A program made the position numbers and the translations under genes. From an uncultured Gammaproteobacteria bacterium (GTDB lineage: Bacteria > Patescibacteriota > Microgenomatia > CAZETR01 > Amesbacteraceae): 64,000 nucleotides of DNA. How positions within the stretch are numbered: position 1 is the stretch's first letter; the number at the start of each line of letters is the position of its first letter. The stretch is from the NCBI GenBank assembly GCA_964358085.1, contig CAYHNU010000001.1:11220-75219 (forward strand). The letters are read 5' to 3'. A model generated the notes under the pieces. The model saw nothing but the letters and a program-made list of their open reading frames with translations, was not told the origin of the DNA and did no database searches. Below, piece by piece: positions 46,222-55,971 of this stretch.

Positions 46222-46223
46222 GC

Positions 46224-48449
46224 ATGAGAAAAGTAATTATTATTCTAATAATATTGGCACTCGGTATTACCCCATTACTTACACAGGGTAATTTATATTT
46301 TGTAGGAGGAGACGACATGAGACTTTACTACATGTATCCCAAGGAATACATCCAAAATTTACTTTTGAATATAGTAACCGACAATTCAATTAGTGGAGGC
46401 AATATGGGCTACTATCCTGCCACCCATCCGGTTCCTCTAGTTGCATTAATATGGTTGGTAAAGACGCTAGTGCCTGCTAATACGCAGTTTGTTATGTATG
46501 GAATAAATTGGTCATTGTCCTTCCTCTTCTTCTACTTATTAATGGGTTTCTGGATATCAGATAAGTCTCGATTCAGTTTTTTTGCCAAAGTGGCTTCATG
46601 TCTGATTTATATATTTTCCCCATTTCTGTTCATGACCTTCTATAAACATCAAATGATCGTATTATTTTTAATAACCGCTTTCCCGGGGGTATTATATTTT
46701 TTTATCAAAAGTGTTCGACAACGTAATCCCCTATACGTTTTTTCGGCTTGTTTAATAATCTCTATCTTTAGTACTAATCTAAGCTCAATTCCGTGGATGC
46801 TTCCAATGTTTATTACAAGTACCCCATTGTTGTTTTGGGAGTTTTATAAGGACAAAAAGACTTTCTTTTGGCATGCCATTATTTTTGTAATTTGCTACTT
46901 TTTATTAAATATTTCCTGGATATTCCATTTAGTTTACTTGACTATCTATAATACTGGTTTAGTAGATGGTTTGAGTAGCTATCTTACGCCAGAGTTTTTG
47001 AAAGCAAATATTGCTGGTATTTTGGGGACATCCCGCCAATACAGTCCACTTAATGGTGTAGTTAGTCAACTGGTTATTGGGCTTACAAAAAACCTAACTA
47101 TAGTTTCATATGTCAATTTAATATTTATTTTCTTGATTGTTGCAGCTGGAGTTTTTATCAAAAAAGAGAGAAACAATATTTTAATTTCAGGATTCATTTT
47201 GGGTTTATTATCGCTACTTATTTCATGGATCATGTTAGCTCCCAATATTCAGACTTGGGGGCCTGATGCGTTCATCTGGTTATCTCTTAGAGTGCCCTTC
47301 TTTACCATGTTTAGAAATATGTCTGATAAATTTGCCTTACCAATGGCCTTTTTTTATGCTCTAACTTTGGGATCAAGCTTGGTAATTTTGGCCAATAGGT
47401 TTGCCAACAAGGCCTTACGATTGATTGTGCGTTGTTCGCTAAGTGTTGTAATTTTGATAAATATTTATCCACTACTGCAAAATCGATCTGAACATGTTGG
47501 GGTGGCAGCCAAGATGTCAGGTAGTTTTAATGATGATTTTAATGCCTTGGCTGATTATTTATTGACGTTAAAGAACCCATCAAGAATATTGTGGTTGCCA
47601 CTAAACTTTCCATCTTTTATTAATATTGAAGACAAGTATAATCCCGGTCATTATTACTCTGGCCCTTCACCCTTGCGTTTTTTAAGCAATCGTCAAGATT
47701 ATGCTGGACAATTTAGTTTTATTTCTTCAAATGACTTTGGAATTGCTGATAAGATTTTTCCTATGATAGATGCCAAAGATTTTAAAAGTTTTGGCAAACT
47801 AATTCAATTACGAAACGCGAGATATATCATTTTAGATAAGCAACAGCTTCCGGAGACTATGAAGCCATATCTTTATAACCACTACAGCATTGAATATGGG
47901 AAGTTAAAGATGCAAACAGAAGAATTTGTTAATGAATTCATTGGAAAGAAGCTTCAAGAATTTGGCACACGCTATGTTTTATATGAGATTAATCCGAAAT
48001 ATAATAATGATCGAATATATTTAACTGATAGTTACGAAATTTTTCCTAAAAACTTGCCAAATATTGAATACGAAAAAGTATCTGATTCTTTATACAATAT
48101 TAGCCTGAAAAGTATTAGTAAATCACGGAAATTAGTGTTTTTGGACTCTTACTATAAAGATTGGACACTTTATGTAAAAGGAGATTCAGAGACAAAGGCA
48201 TACCAAAAAGGTAAAAACGTTCCTGTCCAAGGATTTGCCAACGGTTGGGAAATTAATTTAGATGAGATTATAAAGAATTTTTCCAAGGGTTACTATACTA
48301 CCAACATGGACGGGTCAATAAATATTAAAATGACTCTCTACTTCGAACCCAGCAAATATAACAAGCCTACGCGTATTATTAGCGCGATGACCTTTGTAAT
48401 ACTTGGTTTGTCTCAATTGATTTTACTTGCAAAAAGAAACAATGTTTAA
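46224..48449 (+). CDS. Large GT-C membrane protein (AftD/YfhO-like)
   Basis: GGDD-x-RL loop, FRNM-x-DKF, RILWLPL, GFANGW, C-terminal TM. Confidence 0.7.
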   Translation: MRKVIIILIILALGITPLLTQGNLYFVGGDDMRLYYMYPKEYIQNLLLNIVTDNSISGGNMGYYPATHPVPLVALIWLVKTLVPANTQFVMYGINWSLSFLFFYLLMGFWISDKSRFSFFAKVASCLIYIFSPFLFMTFYKHQMIVLFLITAFPGVLYFFIKSVRQRNPLYVFSACLIISIFSTNLSSIPWMLPMFITSTPLLFWEFYKDKKTFFWHAIIFVICYFLLNISWIFHLVYLTIYNTGLVDGLSSYLTPEFLKANIAGILGTSRQYSPLNGVVSQLVIGLTKNLTIVSYVNLIFIFLIVAAGVFIKKERNNILISGFILGLLSLLISWIMLAPNIQTWGPDAFIWLSLRVPFFTMFRNMSDKFALPMAFFYALTLGSSLVILANRFANKALRLIVRCSLSVVILINIYPLLQNRSEHVGVAAKMSGSFNDDFNALADYLLTLKNPSRILWLPLNFPSFINIEDKYNPGHYYSGPSPLRFLSNRQDYAGQFSFISSNDFGIADKIFPMIDAKDFKSFGKLIQLRNARYIILDKQQLPETMKPYLYNHYSIEYGKLKMQTEEFVNEFIGKKLQEFGTRYVLYEINPKYNNDRIYLTDSYEIFPKNLPNIEYEKVSDSLYNISLKSISKSRKLVFLDSYYKDWTLYVKGDSETKAYQKGKNVPVQGFANGWEINLDEIIKNFSKGYYTTNMDGSINIKMTLYFEPSKYNKPTRIISAMTFVILGLSQLILLAKRNNV

Positions 48450-51400
48450 TTTCGTATTTTTTGTCAGGCTATTGGCAATTTGGGGAACGATTTTAGTTGT
48501 TTTTACTACTTTTTCTGTATACCAAGATATTAAACAGAATAAGCTGCTGAATTATACCGATACATATTCATCTTCTTCGGTGGATATTAAATCAGAATAT
48601 AAATCTTCTGGTATTTTAAAGTACGTATTTAAATTTTTGGCGCATGATGACTATCTTGGAACAATGACGTTTAAGTATTTCCGTCTTCGGGAAAATCAAG
48701 GACAGGTAATTTTTAGAATTAAAGAAATCTCTCAAAAAGATTGGTATGCTGAAAACCGTTATGATTTCTCTTACTTCGTCAATGATGATATTTATCAATT
48801 TGGTTTTCCTGAAATAAAAAATTCCAAAGGCAAACAGTTTATTGTTGAATTTGAAATTGTTTCCCAGACATTAATGAAAGATCAGAGATCACTAGACCTA
48901 AAGACAGCACCAATTTTAACCGTTAAATACGTATTTCCGCGCGATACTTACTACAAATCAGTTGGGAAGCTGTCAACAATTGTTTTAAACAGATCCATTT
49001 CAGTATTGACCGAGATGGATTATGTTAAGGTGTTTATTTCTTCGTTCCTAATTGCCATGTTTTTCCTTATTGCCCTTAGTCGTCAAGAAAATGAAACCGG
49101 GCCAAAAATAATAATTCGACAAAAGGTTTTACAAAAAAACGTACAAATTTTGAGTAATTGGACAAATAAAATTAATCCCTTTATTGTCCCTGGAGTTGTT
49201 TTGATAATCTTGTCGTTAGGATTTGTCTCTGGTAATTATGTATTGGCTGAACGAATGTCAGTTCAATTGTGGGCTACCTTATTTGGAAGTGTTGTTTTTT
49301 ACATTCTTCAGGTAACTATCTTTAATAGGCTGTCAAATTTGATAAAACATATTAATACAATTAGTGCTAATACTCTATCGATTTTGGACGACTTAATGAA
49401 CAAAAAACTTTTGTTATTAATGGGGACACTGTTTGTAATAGTATCGGGTATGTCTGCCACATATTATTTAGGTGGAGATGATTCCCGTTTATTTTACTTA
49501 TACCCTCAAGAATTTTTGGACAACTATATATCTAAAATTGTGTCCGATACTGGAGTTAGTCAACTTACAAACCTTATTCCTCCAACATCATTATCGGCCT
49601 TTACGATAATTATGATAGGCCTAAGAAACATATTGTATCAGTTCAATCTTCAGGCGTTGTTAAATTCGGCAAATCTTGTAGGTGGATTTTTTGCCTTTTA
49701 TTATTTATTAAATTACTTATTGAAACCAACAGATAAATACGAACGCGTAATTTGCGTCTTGGCTTCGTTTATGTATGTTTTTTCTATTTTTAATTTTTAT
49801 ACTCTATTAAATTCCAGATTGATAGCGGAATATTTAATAAGCTTGTTTCCACTATCTTTATATTTAGGTATTAAGGCAATACGTGAAGGAAAATTTTATT
49901 TATTTATTTTGGCTACACTTATTTGGTCGGCCTTTAGTTTCCTTTCCGTCACTCTTCCTTTATCTGGCGCAGTTTTGATTACTTCTATTCCTTTACTTAT
50001 TTTCGCGACATGGAAACACAAAATCAGGATAATTGCATATTTAGTGGGAGCAGGTCTACTGTTTGCTGTTCTAAATTTACATTGGTTTATGTTTATCCCG
50101 TATACAAACTTTTCTAAAAACATACCCGGTTCGTATACACCAAGCCTTACTTCTGTGGAATTCCGCAAGCAAAATGAGATTGGTATCAGAACAGTTTCCG
50201 ACATAAATAATAGTTTCTTTCCATTGCTAAATTCGTATCATCGAAAAATTCAGATAAATTTTAATTGGCCCCATTTACCTATATATTTATCTTGGTATTC
50301 AAAAATCTTAATACTTGGATATTTATTGATAGCTGTAGTCATCATAGCCGGCATTAGGATAGAAAAGAATAAACAAAGAAAAGGTATTTATGTTGCCTTA
50401 GTGATTAATTTTGTTTTAGCCGTTTATTTTTTTACGGTCAACATTGGTCCTTGGGGAGTTGATGTATTCTTGTGGTTGTCTAATCATATTCCTGGGTTTG
50501 TAATTTTCCGCAACATGTTTGATAAATTCGCATATGCAATGGCATTCCAATGGGCATTCTTAATTTCAGTCAGCTTAATTGTCATTGTTAAGTCCATTAA
50601 AAAAACTATGTTTAAAGAATATTTGTTATTTGCAATTTTTTTGATTGCAATAATCAATGCCAAACCCTTCCTTTTGAGAGAATTTGTAAATCTGCCGTAC
50701 TGGACTAGTAAATATAGCCATGATGGGATTACAGCTTTTAATAGTGATTATTTAGATTTGCTAAAATTTGTAAAAAATCAAGATGGCGTTGGTCGTTATT
50801 TATCACTACCTTTGTTAACTGGCAATAGTGTGATTGTAGAGGGAGAAAAACAAAAGGACCATTATTACGCTGGTGTATCACCACTTTTATTATTAACTGG
50901 TAAGAACGATATGTCTGGACTAATGAGCTTTGGTGAACATTCAAATAAAGTTTTTAAATGGCTTACTAAAAAAGATTACGATAGTTTTGGACAATTATTA
51001 CAACAATATAACGTTAAATATATAATTTTAAGTAACTCAACGTCTGAAGATCTTCAGCCAAGTTTCATGTTTTCTGATGGTTTGTTTTACTTGCAGACTA
51101 AAAGTTTTTATCAAAGCATAATTGGTCAGAAAGTAAGAGATTTTGGATCCAGGTACAGTTTATTTGAAATAAATTCTAAATATTTAAGTGAAAAGATATA
51201 TATTACCGATAGCCCTGGATCGTTTGTAAATCAAGAGGCCAATTTGTCTTTTAAAAAACTTGCTACTCATGAATATGAAATCGAAGTCTCGGATCTTAGA
51301 AAACAACTTTCACTGGTATTCTTAGACCCTTATCTTAAAGAATGGCAATTGCTCACACCGAGTGGAAAAGAACTGTCCACTGAATATCATCACCCTGTTT

Positions 51401-51630
51401 TTGGCTACGCCAATTTATGGGAAATTAATCCTCAAATTATTCAGATTGACTTTCCTAAGTCAGATTATCAAATAATGTCAGATGGAAGTTTGAAATTAAA
51501 GTTAAAGCTATACTTTCAACCATATAATTATTTTTGGACAGTAAATATTATATCTGCATCGGCATATGCGTTAGGAATAGCTTATGTATTGTTATCTATA
51601 TTCATTAAATTTATTAAAAAACAGAAATGA
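48442..51630 (+). CDS. Fusion of an extracellular beta-rich domain to a GT-C membrane protein (paralogue of 46224)
   Basis: N-terminal TM plus FGFPEIKNSKGK domain, then GGDDSRL, FRNMFDKF, GYANLW. ATG 48442. Confidence 0.7.
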   Translation: MFNFVFFVRLLAIWGTILVVFTTFSVYQDIKQNKLLNYTDTYSSSSVDIKSEYKSSGILKYVFKFLAHDDYLGTMTFKYFRLRENQGQVIFRIKEISQKDWYAENRYDFSYFVNDDIYQFGFPEIKNSKGKQFIVEFEIVSQTLMKDQRSLDLKTAPILTVKYVFPRDTYYKSVGKLSTIVLNRSISVLTEMDYVKVFISSFLIAMFFLIALSRQENETGPKIIIRQKVLQKNVQILSNWTNKINPFIVPGVVLIILSLGFVSGNYVLAERMSVQLWATLFGSVVFYILQVTIFNRLSNLIKHINTISANTLSILDDLMNKKLLLLMGTLFVIVSGMSATYYLGGDDSRLFYLYPQEFLDNYISKIVSDTGVSQLTNLIPPTSLSAFTIIMIGLRNILYQFNLQALLNSANLVGGFFAFYYLLNYLLKPTDKYERVICVLASFMYVFSIFNFYTLLNSRLIAEYLISLFPLSLYLGIKAIREGKFYLFILATLIWSAFSFLSVTLPLSGAVLITSIPLLIFATWKHKIRIIAYLVGAGLLFAVLNLHWFMFIPYTNFSKNIPGSYTPSLTSVEFRKQNEIGIRTVSDINNSFFPLLNSYHRKIQINFNWPHLPIYLSWYSKILILGYLLIAVVIIAGIRIEKNKQRKGIYVALVINFVLAVYFFTVNIGPWGVDVFLWLSNHIPGFVIFRNMFDKFAYAMAFQWAFLISVSLIVIVKSIKKTMFKEYLLFAIFLIAIINAKPFLLREFVNLPYWTSKYSHDGITAFNSDYLDLLKFVKNQDGVGRYLSLPLLTGNSVIVEGEKQKDHYYAGVSPLLLLTGKNDMSGLMSFGEHSNKVFKWLTKKDYDSFGQLLQQYNVKYIILSNSTSEDLQPSFMFSDGLFYLQTKSFYQSIIGQKVRDFGSRYSLFEINSKYLSEKIYITDSPGSFVNQEANLSFKKLATHEYEIEVSDLRKQLSLVFLDPYLKEWQLLTPSGKELSTEYHHPVFGYANLWEINPQIIQIDFPKSDYQIMSDGSLKLKLKLYFQPYNYFWTVNIISASAYALGIAYVLLSIFIKFIKKQK

Positions 51631-51926
51631 TTGTATTAATGATTATTTTGGTTTTTTTTGATGCGTTTTTTTTGCCCGCTAAAAATCTCTTTTCCAATTT
51701 AATTTTTGTTTTAATCTTAGGGTTGGGAATTTGGAAAATCCATTATTATAAAAATTGGTTCATGTTGTCTTTAGTTTTTATTACCGCAGCAGTTGTCTTT
51801 TATTTGATTGGTAGTGAGTCTGCAAATGAAGTTATTGTCCAGAAGTTTTCGGACTGGACATTGATATCATTATTATTGGGTGCGTTGCGGTTGATCAAAT
51901 TACCAAATGATAAAAATAGGATTTAG
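51627..51926 (+). CDS. Small hydrophobic membrane protein
   Basis: 99 aa, 3-4 TM helices; ATGA overlap with the upstream gene. Confidence 0.6.
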   Translation: MIVLMIILVFFDAFFLPAKNLFSNLIFVLILGLGIWKIHYYKNWFMLSLVFITAAVVFYLIGSESANEVIVQKFSDWTLISLLLGALRLIKLPNDKNRI

Positions 51927-52068
51927 TTTTTTTTCGTTTTTTTTGGCTTTAACAAGTCTTCTGTTGTGGTTTGGAAAGACGGCTAAAGCTCAATTTTTGA
52001 TAGAGATAGCTTTTGGCGTGATTGCAACATGTTTAGTTAGTTATTTATTTAGATTGACCAGAAAATGA
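51907..52068 (+). CDS. 53-aa two-TM microprotein (below the ORF-track cutoff)
   Basis: MIKIGFSFFSFFLALTSLLLWFGKTAKAQFLIEIAFGVIATCLVSYLFRLTRK*; fills the gap and its TGA overlaps ATG 52065 (ATGA). Confidence 0.6.
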   Translation: MIKIGFSFFSFFLALTSLLLWFGKTAKAQFLIEIAFGVIATCLVSYLFRLTRK

Positions 52069-54647
52069 TTCCCTTAATCGGTGCACATGACTTTCCATAT
52101 CTTTTTTTAGATCAAGCTGCTGGCCTGTTTAGATTGCCTCTTACTTGGGCGACACAAAGCCATGACTCTCTGGGGGTATTTACTTTATCTACTCTCTGGA
52201 ATTGGCCATACGGACTTCTTTACGGATTGGCTGGAAAAATCGGCTTAAACTTTACTCTTTCTACATTATTTTTCGGCATTCTCCCCGTATTTATCTTAGG
52301 CTGGTTTACTATTGGCAAACTACTCAAAAGCCATTCTCTCTCATCTCCTGCAAGATTTGTGGGTCAATTCCTATTTATAGCCAACACATACATCCTGATG
52401 CTCATTGATGGAGGCCAACTTAGTCTGGCCGTAGCCTATTCTTTCTTCCCTCTGGTTATTCTTTATCTTCCCTCCCGATTAAACTTTGTTTTGGCTATCA
52501 TTGCCATATCTTTCCTCGATATTCGTTATTTATACATCTTATTTATACCCATTGGCTTAAAAATATTTTTCGATTTTCGTCATACATTTAAATACTTAAT
52601 TACCGGATTATTCACGGGCTTAATTCTTATAGGTCTTCATAGTTATTGGATTTTGCCTTCCATCCTCTCCAAAGGTCCCTCTTTGCCCTCTACTTATACT
52701 CGTCCTGCTCAAGTAGACGCCCTTAGTTTTGCTAGCCTCTCTCATGCCTTTCTGTTGATTCATCCTCACTGGCCAAAGAATATTTTCGGCCAAGTAGCTA
52801 CTCCGTCGCCCTATTTCCTTCTCCTACCCATCCTTACCTTCCTTCCATTAGTCGTGTTTCGCAAAAATGTCACAATTGGTTATTGGTCAACACTAGCCAT
52901 CATCGCAGCCTTTCTTGTGAAGGGGAGTGGCTCACCTTTTCCTCAAGTATATAGTTGGTTGTTCTCTCATATTCCTGGTTTTTCTCTTTTTCGCGATCCG
53001 ACAAAATTTTTCCCCTTACTCGCCTTGTCATATAGTGTGTTGATCGCCTTTTCGGCAGACTTTATCTACATGCGCCGCAGGTCTTGGTTTATATTTATTC
53101 CTTTGTATTTAACGCTCCTGTTGGTCCCTATTTTTTTAGGTGAAACAACCGGCTTGTTTTCAAAAGCTCGTAATCAAGACTCTTATCTCAAGTTGGCAAG
53201 CTTTATGAACAACGATCTTTCTCCCGGAAGCTTGCTATGGGTGCCCTCCAAACCCCCCCTTGGCTATTCCAGCCCCACCCATCCGTCCATAGACGCCTTA
53301 ACTTTACTCGACAAAAGACCATTCGCCACTGGGGTGGTAGGTAGCTATGAACTCTTAAACTTTCTACGCGACGCTACCTATTCGGGAGAGCTTCTCAATA
53401 TCGCATCCATAAAATATTTAGCCATATCTAGCGTTGATCCCAAAAGGGACAGCTTAAAAATTGAAGACATTCAATACCGCGATATTTTTACTAAACAACT
53501 AACCTCCTTACCTTGGGTCAGCTCATATCAGAAATTTGGTCCTGTCACCCTCTTGCAAACCAAAATCCATCAACCCCTCTTTTTTATTCCGTCTACTACA
53601 ACTTTTGTGGTCGGTCCCGATGATATTTATAATACAGAAGTTAAATTGAGCAATAAGGCCCTAGTTTTTGTGGAAAGCCAACCTAATCTATTATCTCAAA
53701 TTCGCCAATTTCCTCAAGCCAAAATTCTTTTAAATCATAAAACTAATCTGGATGCAGCTGCCGCCCTTCTCCCCCGCGAAAGCTTTCTCTTTCCCAGCCC
53801 ACTTTTAAATTTTAGTCCTGATTCTTCCGGATGGTGGAAGAGGGAAGCGTCGGATTTAATTTCCTGGCGGGACTTTCTCCAACAAAAGTATAATTTAGAT
53901 AATCAAGATTTTGATTATGGAGGAGGATGGTCGATCTCGGAAGGCGCGCATACTTTAACGGTAAAACAGTCATCCAGTTGCCAATCGGATTGTATTCTTC
54001 TAGCTCGGGTCATGACTAGCCCCCAAGGAGGAAAAATACACTTTTCTAATTCCCAGCAAGCAATAGGTGAAATAGATACTATCAACTCCAATCCATCCCC
54101 ATCCACCATAACTCGTAAACTCACAGGTTATCAAGACACAGCCGACCAAATCTTTACTTACAATCGGGCGGATTTTCTCTGGCATGAAGTTGGCCAGCTA
54201 TCTGATTCCTCGCCAATTAGTATTTCCACCGAAGGCAATATTAATGTTGTAAATTCTCTGGCTGTTATTCCGTCGCGCTCATGGGAAAAACTTAAATCTC
54301 AAGCGGTCCAATTGGTAACAATTGCGTCTTCGCCTTCCAATGACAACCCCCAAGTGTCTTACCAGCAATTAGGCCCCGCTCATTATCGTGTAAAGGTGAC
54401 TGGATTGACCCATCCCGCGACTCTGGCTTTTGTTCAAAATTACGATCCTTTTTGGAAACTATCCGGCCAAACGCCCATTCCTTTATACGGTATGATTAAT
54501 GGCTTTTCCATTCCTGGCGCCGGTGAATATGATCTAATTTTTTCACCGCAGAAATATGTGAATTTTGGATTGGCAATAAGCGTTACAACTCTTCTTGTCT
54601 TGTTATTACTCCTATATAATGGCCATCGTAAACATGATTCAAAATAA
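52065..54647 (+). CDS. Large GT-C membrane protein (AftD/YfhO-like) with extended extracellular region
   Basis: Multi-TM N-terminal half, KG-x-x-x-PF, FRDPTKF; C-terminal F-x-QNYDP-x-W...YGMINGF and terminal TM. Confidence 0.7.
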   Translation: MIPLIGAHDFPYLFLDQAAGLFRLPLTWATQSHDSLGVFTLSTLWNWPYGLLYGLAGKIGLNFTLSTLFFGILPVFILGWFTIGKLLKSHSLSSPARFVGQFLFIANTYILMLIDGGQLSLAVAYSFFPLVILYLPSRLNFVLAIIAISFLDIRYLYILFIPIGLKIFFDFRHTFKYLITGLFTGLILIGLHSYWILPSILSKGPSLPSTYTRPAQVDALSFASLSHAFLLIHPHWPKNIFGQVATPSPYFLLLPILTFLPLVVFRKNVTIGYWSTLAIIAAFLVKGSGSPFPQVYSWLFSHIPGFSLFRDPTKFFPLLALSYSVLIAFSADFIYMRRRSWFIFIPLYLTLLLVPIFLGETTGLFSKARNQDSYLKLASFMNNDLSPGSLLWVPSKPPLGYSSPTHPSIDALTLLDKRPFATGVVGSYELLNFLRDATYSGELLNIASIKYLAISSVDPKRDSLKIEDIQYRDIFTKQLTSLPWVSSYQKFGPVTLLQTKIHQPLFFIPSTTTFVVGPDDIYNTEVKLSNKALVFVESQPNLLSQIRQFPQAKILLNHKTNLDAAAALLPRESFLFPSPLLNFSPDSSGWWKREASDLISWRDFLQQKYNLDNQDFDYGGGWSISEGAHTLTVKQSSSCQSDCILLARVMTSPQGGKIHFSNSQQAIGEIDTINSNPSPSTITRKLTGYQDTADQIFTYNRADFLWHEVGQLSDSSPISISTEGNINVVNSLAVIPSRSWEKLKSQAVQLVTIASSPSNDNPQVSYQQLGPAHYRVKVTGLTHPATLAFVQNYDPFWKLSGQTPIPLYGMINGFSIPGAGEYDLIFSPQKYVNFGLAISVTTLLVLLLLLYNGHRKHDSK
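54615..54620 (+). promoter_or_regulatory. Possible internal -10 box
   Basis: TATAAT 13 nt before ATG 54634. Confidence 0.35.
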
Positions 54648-55296
54648 ATATTTGGGATATTTTAAAAAGCATTATCACGCAAAGTTTAGCGCTGAGGATA
54701 TAGAATCATCACAAAAATGGTTATATCCACAATGGAAATTAATCAAAGAAAAGACAACATTATCAAAAAAAAGCAAAGTGCTGGAAATTGGCGCAGGTTT
54801 TGGAGGTTTCTATAGTTATTTATCTCAAGTGATCGAAGGTAACTCGTATACGGGTATAGAATTAGATAAAGAAGTTGTTAAATTTTGTAAGGATTTTTTT
54901 AAAACCGGAAACTTTACGAACATAAGCATCGAGAGATTCAACTCCAAAAATAAGTTCAACTACATTTTTGCCTTCGAAGTTCTCGAGCACCTAAATGATC
55001 CTTTTGAAACCATTGGTAAAATACACTCTTTACTAGACAAAACAGGTGTATTTGTAGGAACTTCTCCTTACCCATATCTAAAAAATGTTTTTGCCGATCG
55101 CACGCATAGATACGTACTCCATCCTGTAAATTGGACTAAACTTTTTATAGAGGCAGGTTTCAAGCATGTTTCGATTTATCCTATGAGTTTCATACCGTTT
55201 ATTTGGAGACTCAATAAACATCTTAATTTTAGAATACCATTTTATATTCCTTTCAATGGTTTTATTTCCACTGCCCTTATAATTGCATCAAAATGA
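54634..55296 (+). CDS. Class I SAM-dependent methyltransferase
   Basis: VLEIGAGFG, FEVLEHL-x-DP, D-x-TH; start 54634 (or 54619). Confidence 0.85.
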   Translation: MIQNKYLGYFKKHYHAKFSAEDIESSQKWLYPQWKLIKEKTTLSKKSKVLEIGAGFGGFYSYLSQVIEGNSYTGIELDKEVVKFCKDFFKTGNFTNISIERFNSKNKFNYIFAFEVLEHLNDPFETIGKIHSLLDKTGVFVGTSPYPYLKNVFADRTHRYVLHPVNWTKLFIEAGFKHVSIYPMSFIPFIWRLNKHLNFRIPFYIPFNGFISTALIIASK

Positions 55297-55958
55297 AGGC
55301 AACAGACTTATCCTTATTCAATTTCTATAATCAAAAACATTTGACTGAAATTTCGAAAAAGGGATACTATAAAGAGCTGTCGTTATCCCAAAAACTACAA
55401 ATAATTGATGTTGCTTGTAACGATGGCACATTGACTAAAATATATAATAAATATGGAGATATTTATGGTGTTGATATGAATAAGAGATCGGTTACGGCCT
55501 GTAGAAAAAAGGGTATAGTTTGCATACATTCAGATATTGATTCTTTACCAGTAAAGTATCAGAATAAATTTGATGTTGTGGTTGCCACGGATATAATTGA
55601 ACATGTATTTAATACTGACAAATTCTTAATTAATCTAAAGAAGCTTCTTAGACCATGTGGGACATTACTGCTTACTACGGCAAACGTGGCCTCTATCGGC
55701 AGAAGAATAATGCTACTTCTTGGCAAGAATCCATTTCTAGAATATTCGACTAGATATCCAAATGTCGAAATTAACGTGGGTCACATTCGATACTACACAG
55801 TAAAAGATATGAAGATTCAACGGTCAGGATTGGGATTTAAGGACATCCGTATATATGGTGACAAGATAAATATTACAAGCACTATTTCGATTCCTCATGT
55901 AATTGCAAAGTGGTTTCCAAATATCTCCAGATACATGTTTGTGGAGTGCAGGATATAA
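55293..55958 (+). CDS. Class I SAM-dependent methyltransferase
   Basis: IDVACNDG, FDVV-x-x-x-DIIEH, GHIRYYT. Confidence 0.85.
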   Translation: MKATDLSLFNFYNQKHLTEISKKGYYKELSLSQKLQIIDVACNDGTLTKIYNKYGDIYGVDMNKRSVTACRKKGIVCIHSDIDSLPVKYQNKFDVVVATDIIEHVFNTDKFLINLKKLLRPCGTLLLTTANVASIGRRIMLLLGKNPFLEYSTRYPNVEINVGHIRYYTVKDMKIQRSGLGFKDIRIYGDKINITSTISIPHVIAKWFPNISRYMFVECRI

Positions 55959-55959
55959 T
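55954..55959 (+). promoter_or_regulatory. Possible internal -10 box
   Basis: TATAAT overlapping the upstream stop, 12 nt before ATG 55972. Confidence 0.35.
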
Positions 55960-55971
55960 TGTGTAGAGCAA

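Noticed and set aside
51652-51944. T8 runs as phase-variation switches
   Set aside because: Runs are short, encode Phe-rich TM segments in AT-rich DNA, and frames are intact; no evidence without reads.
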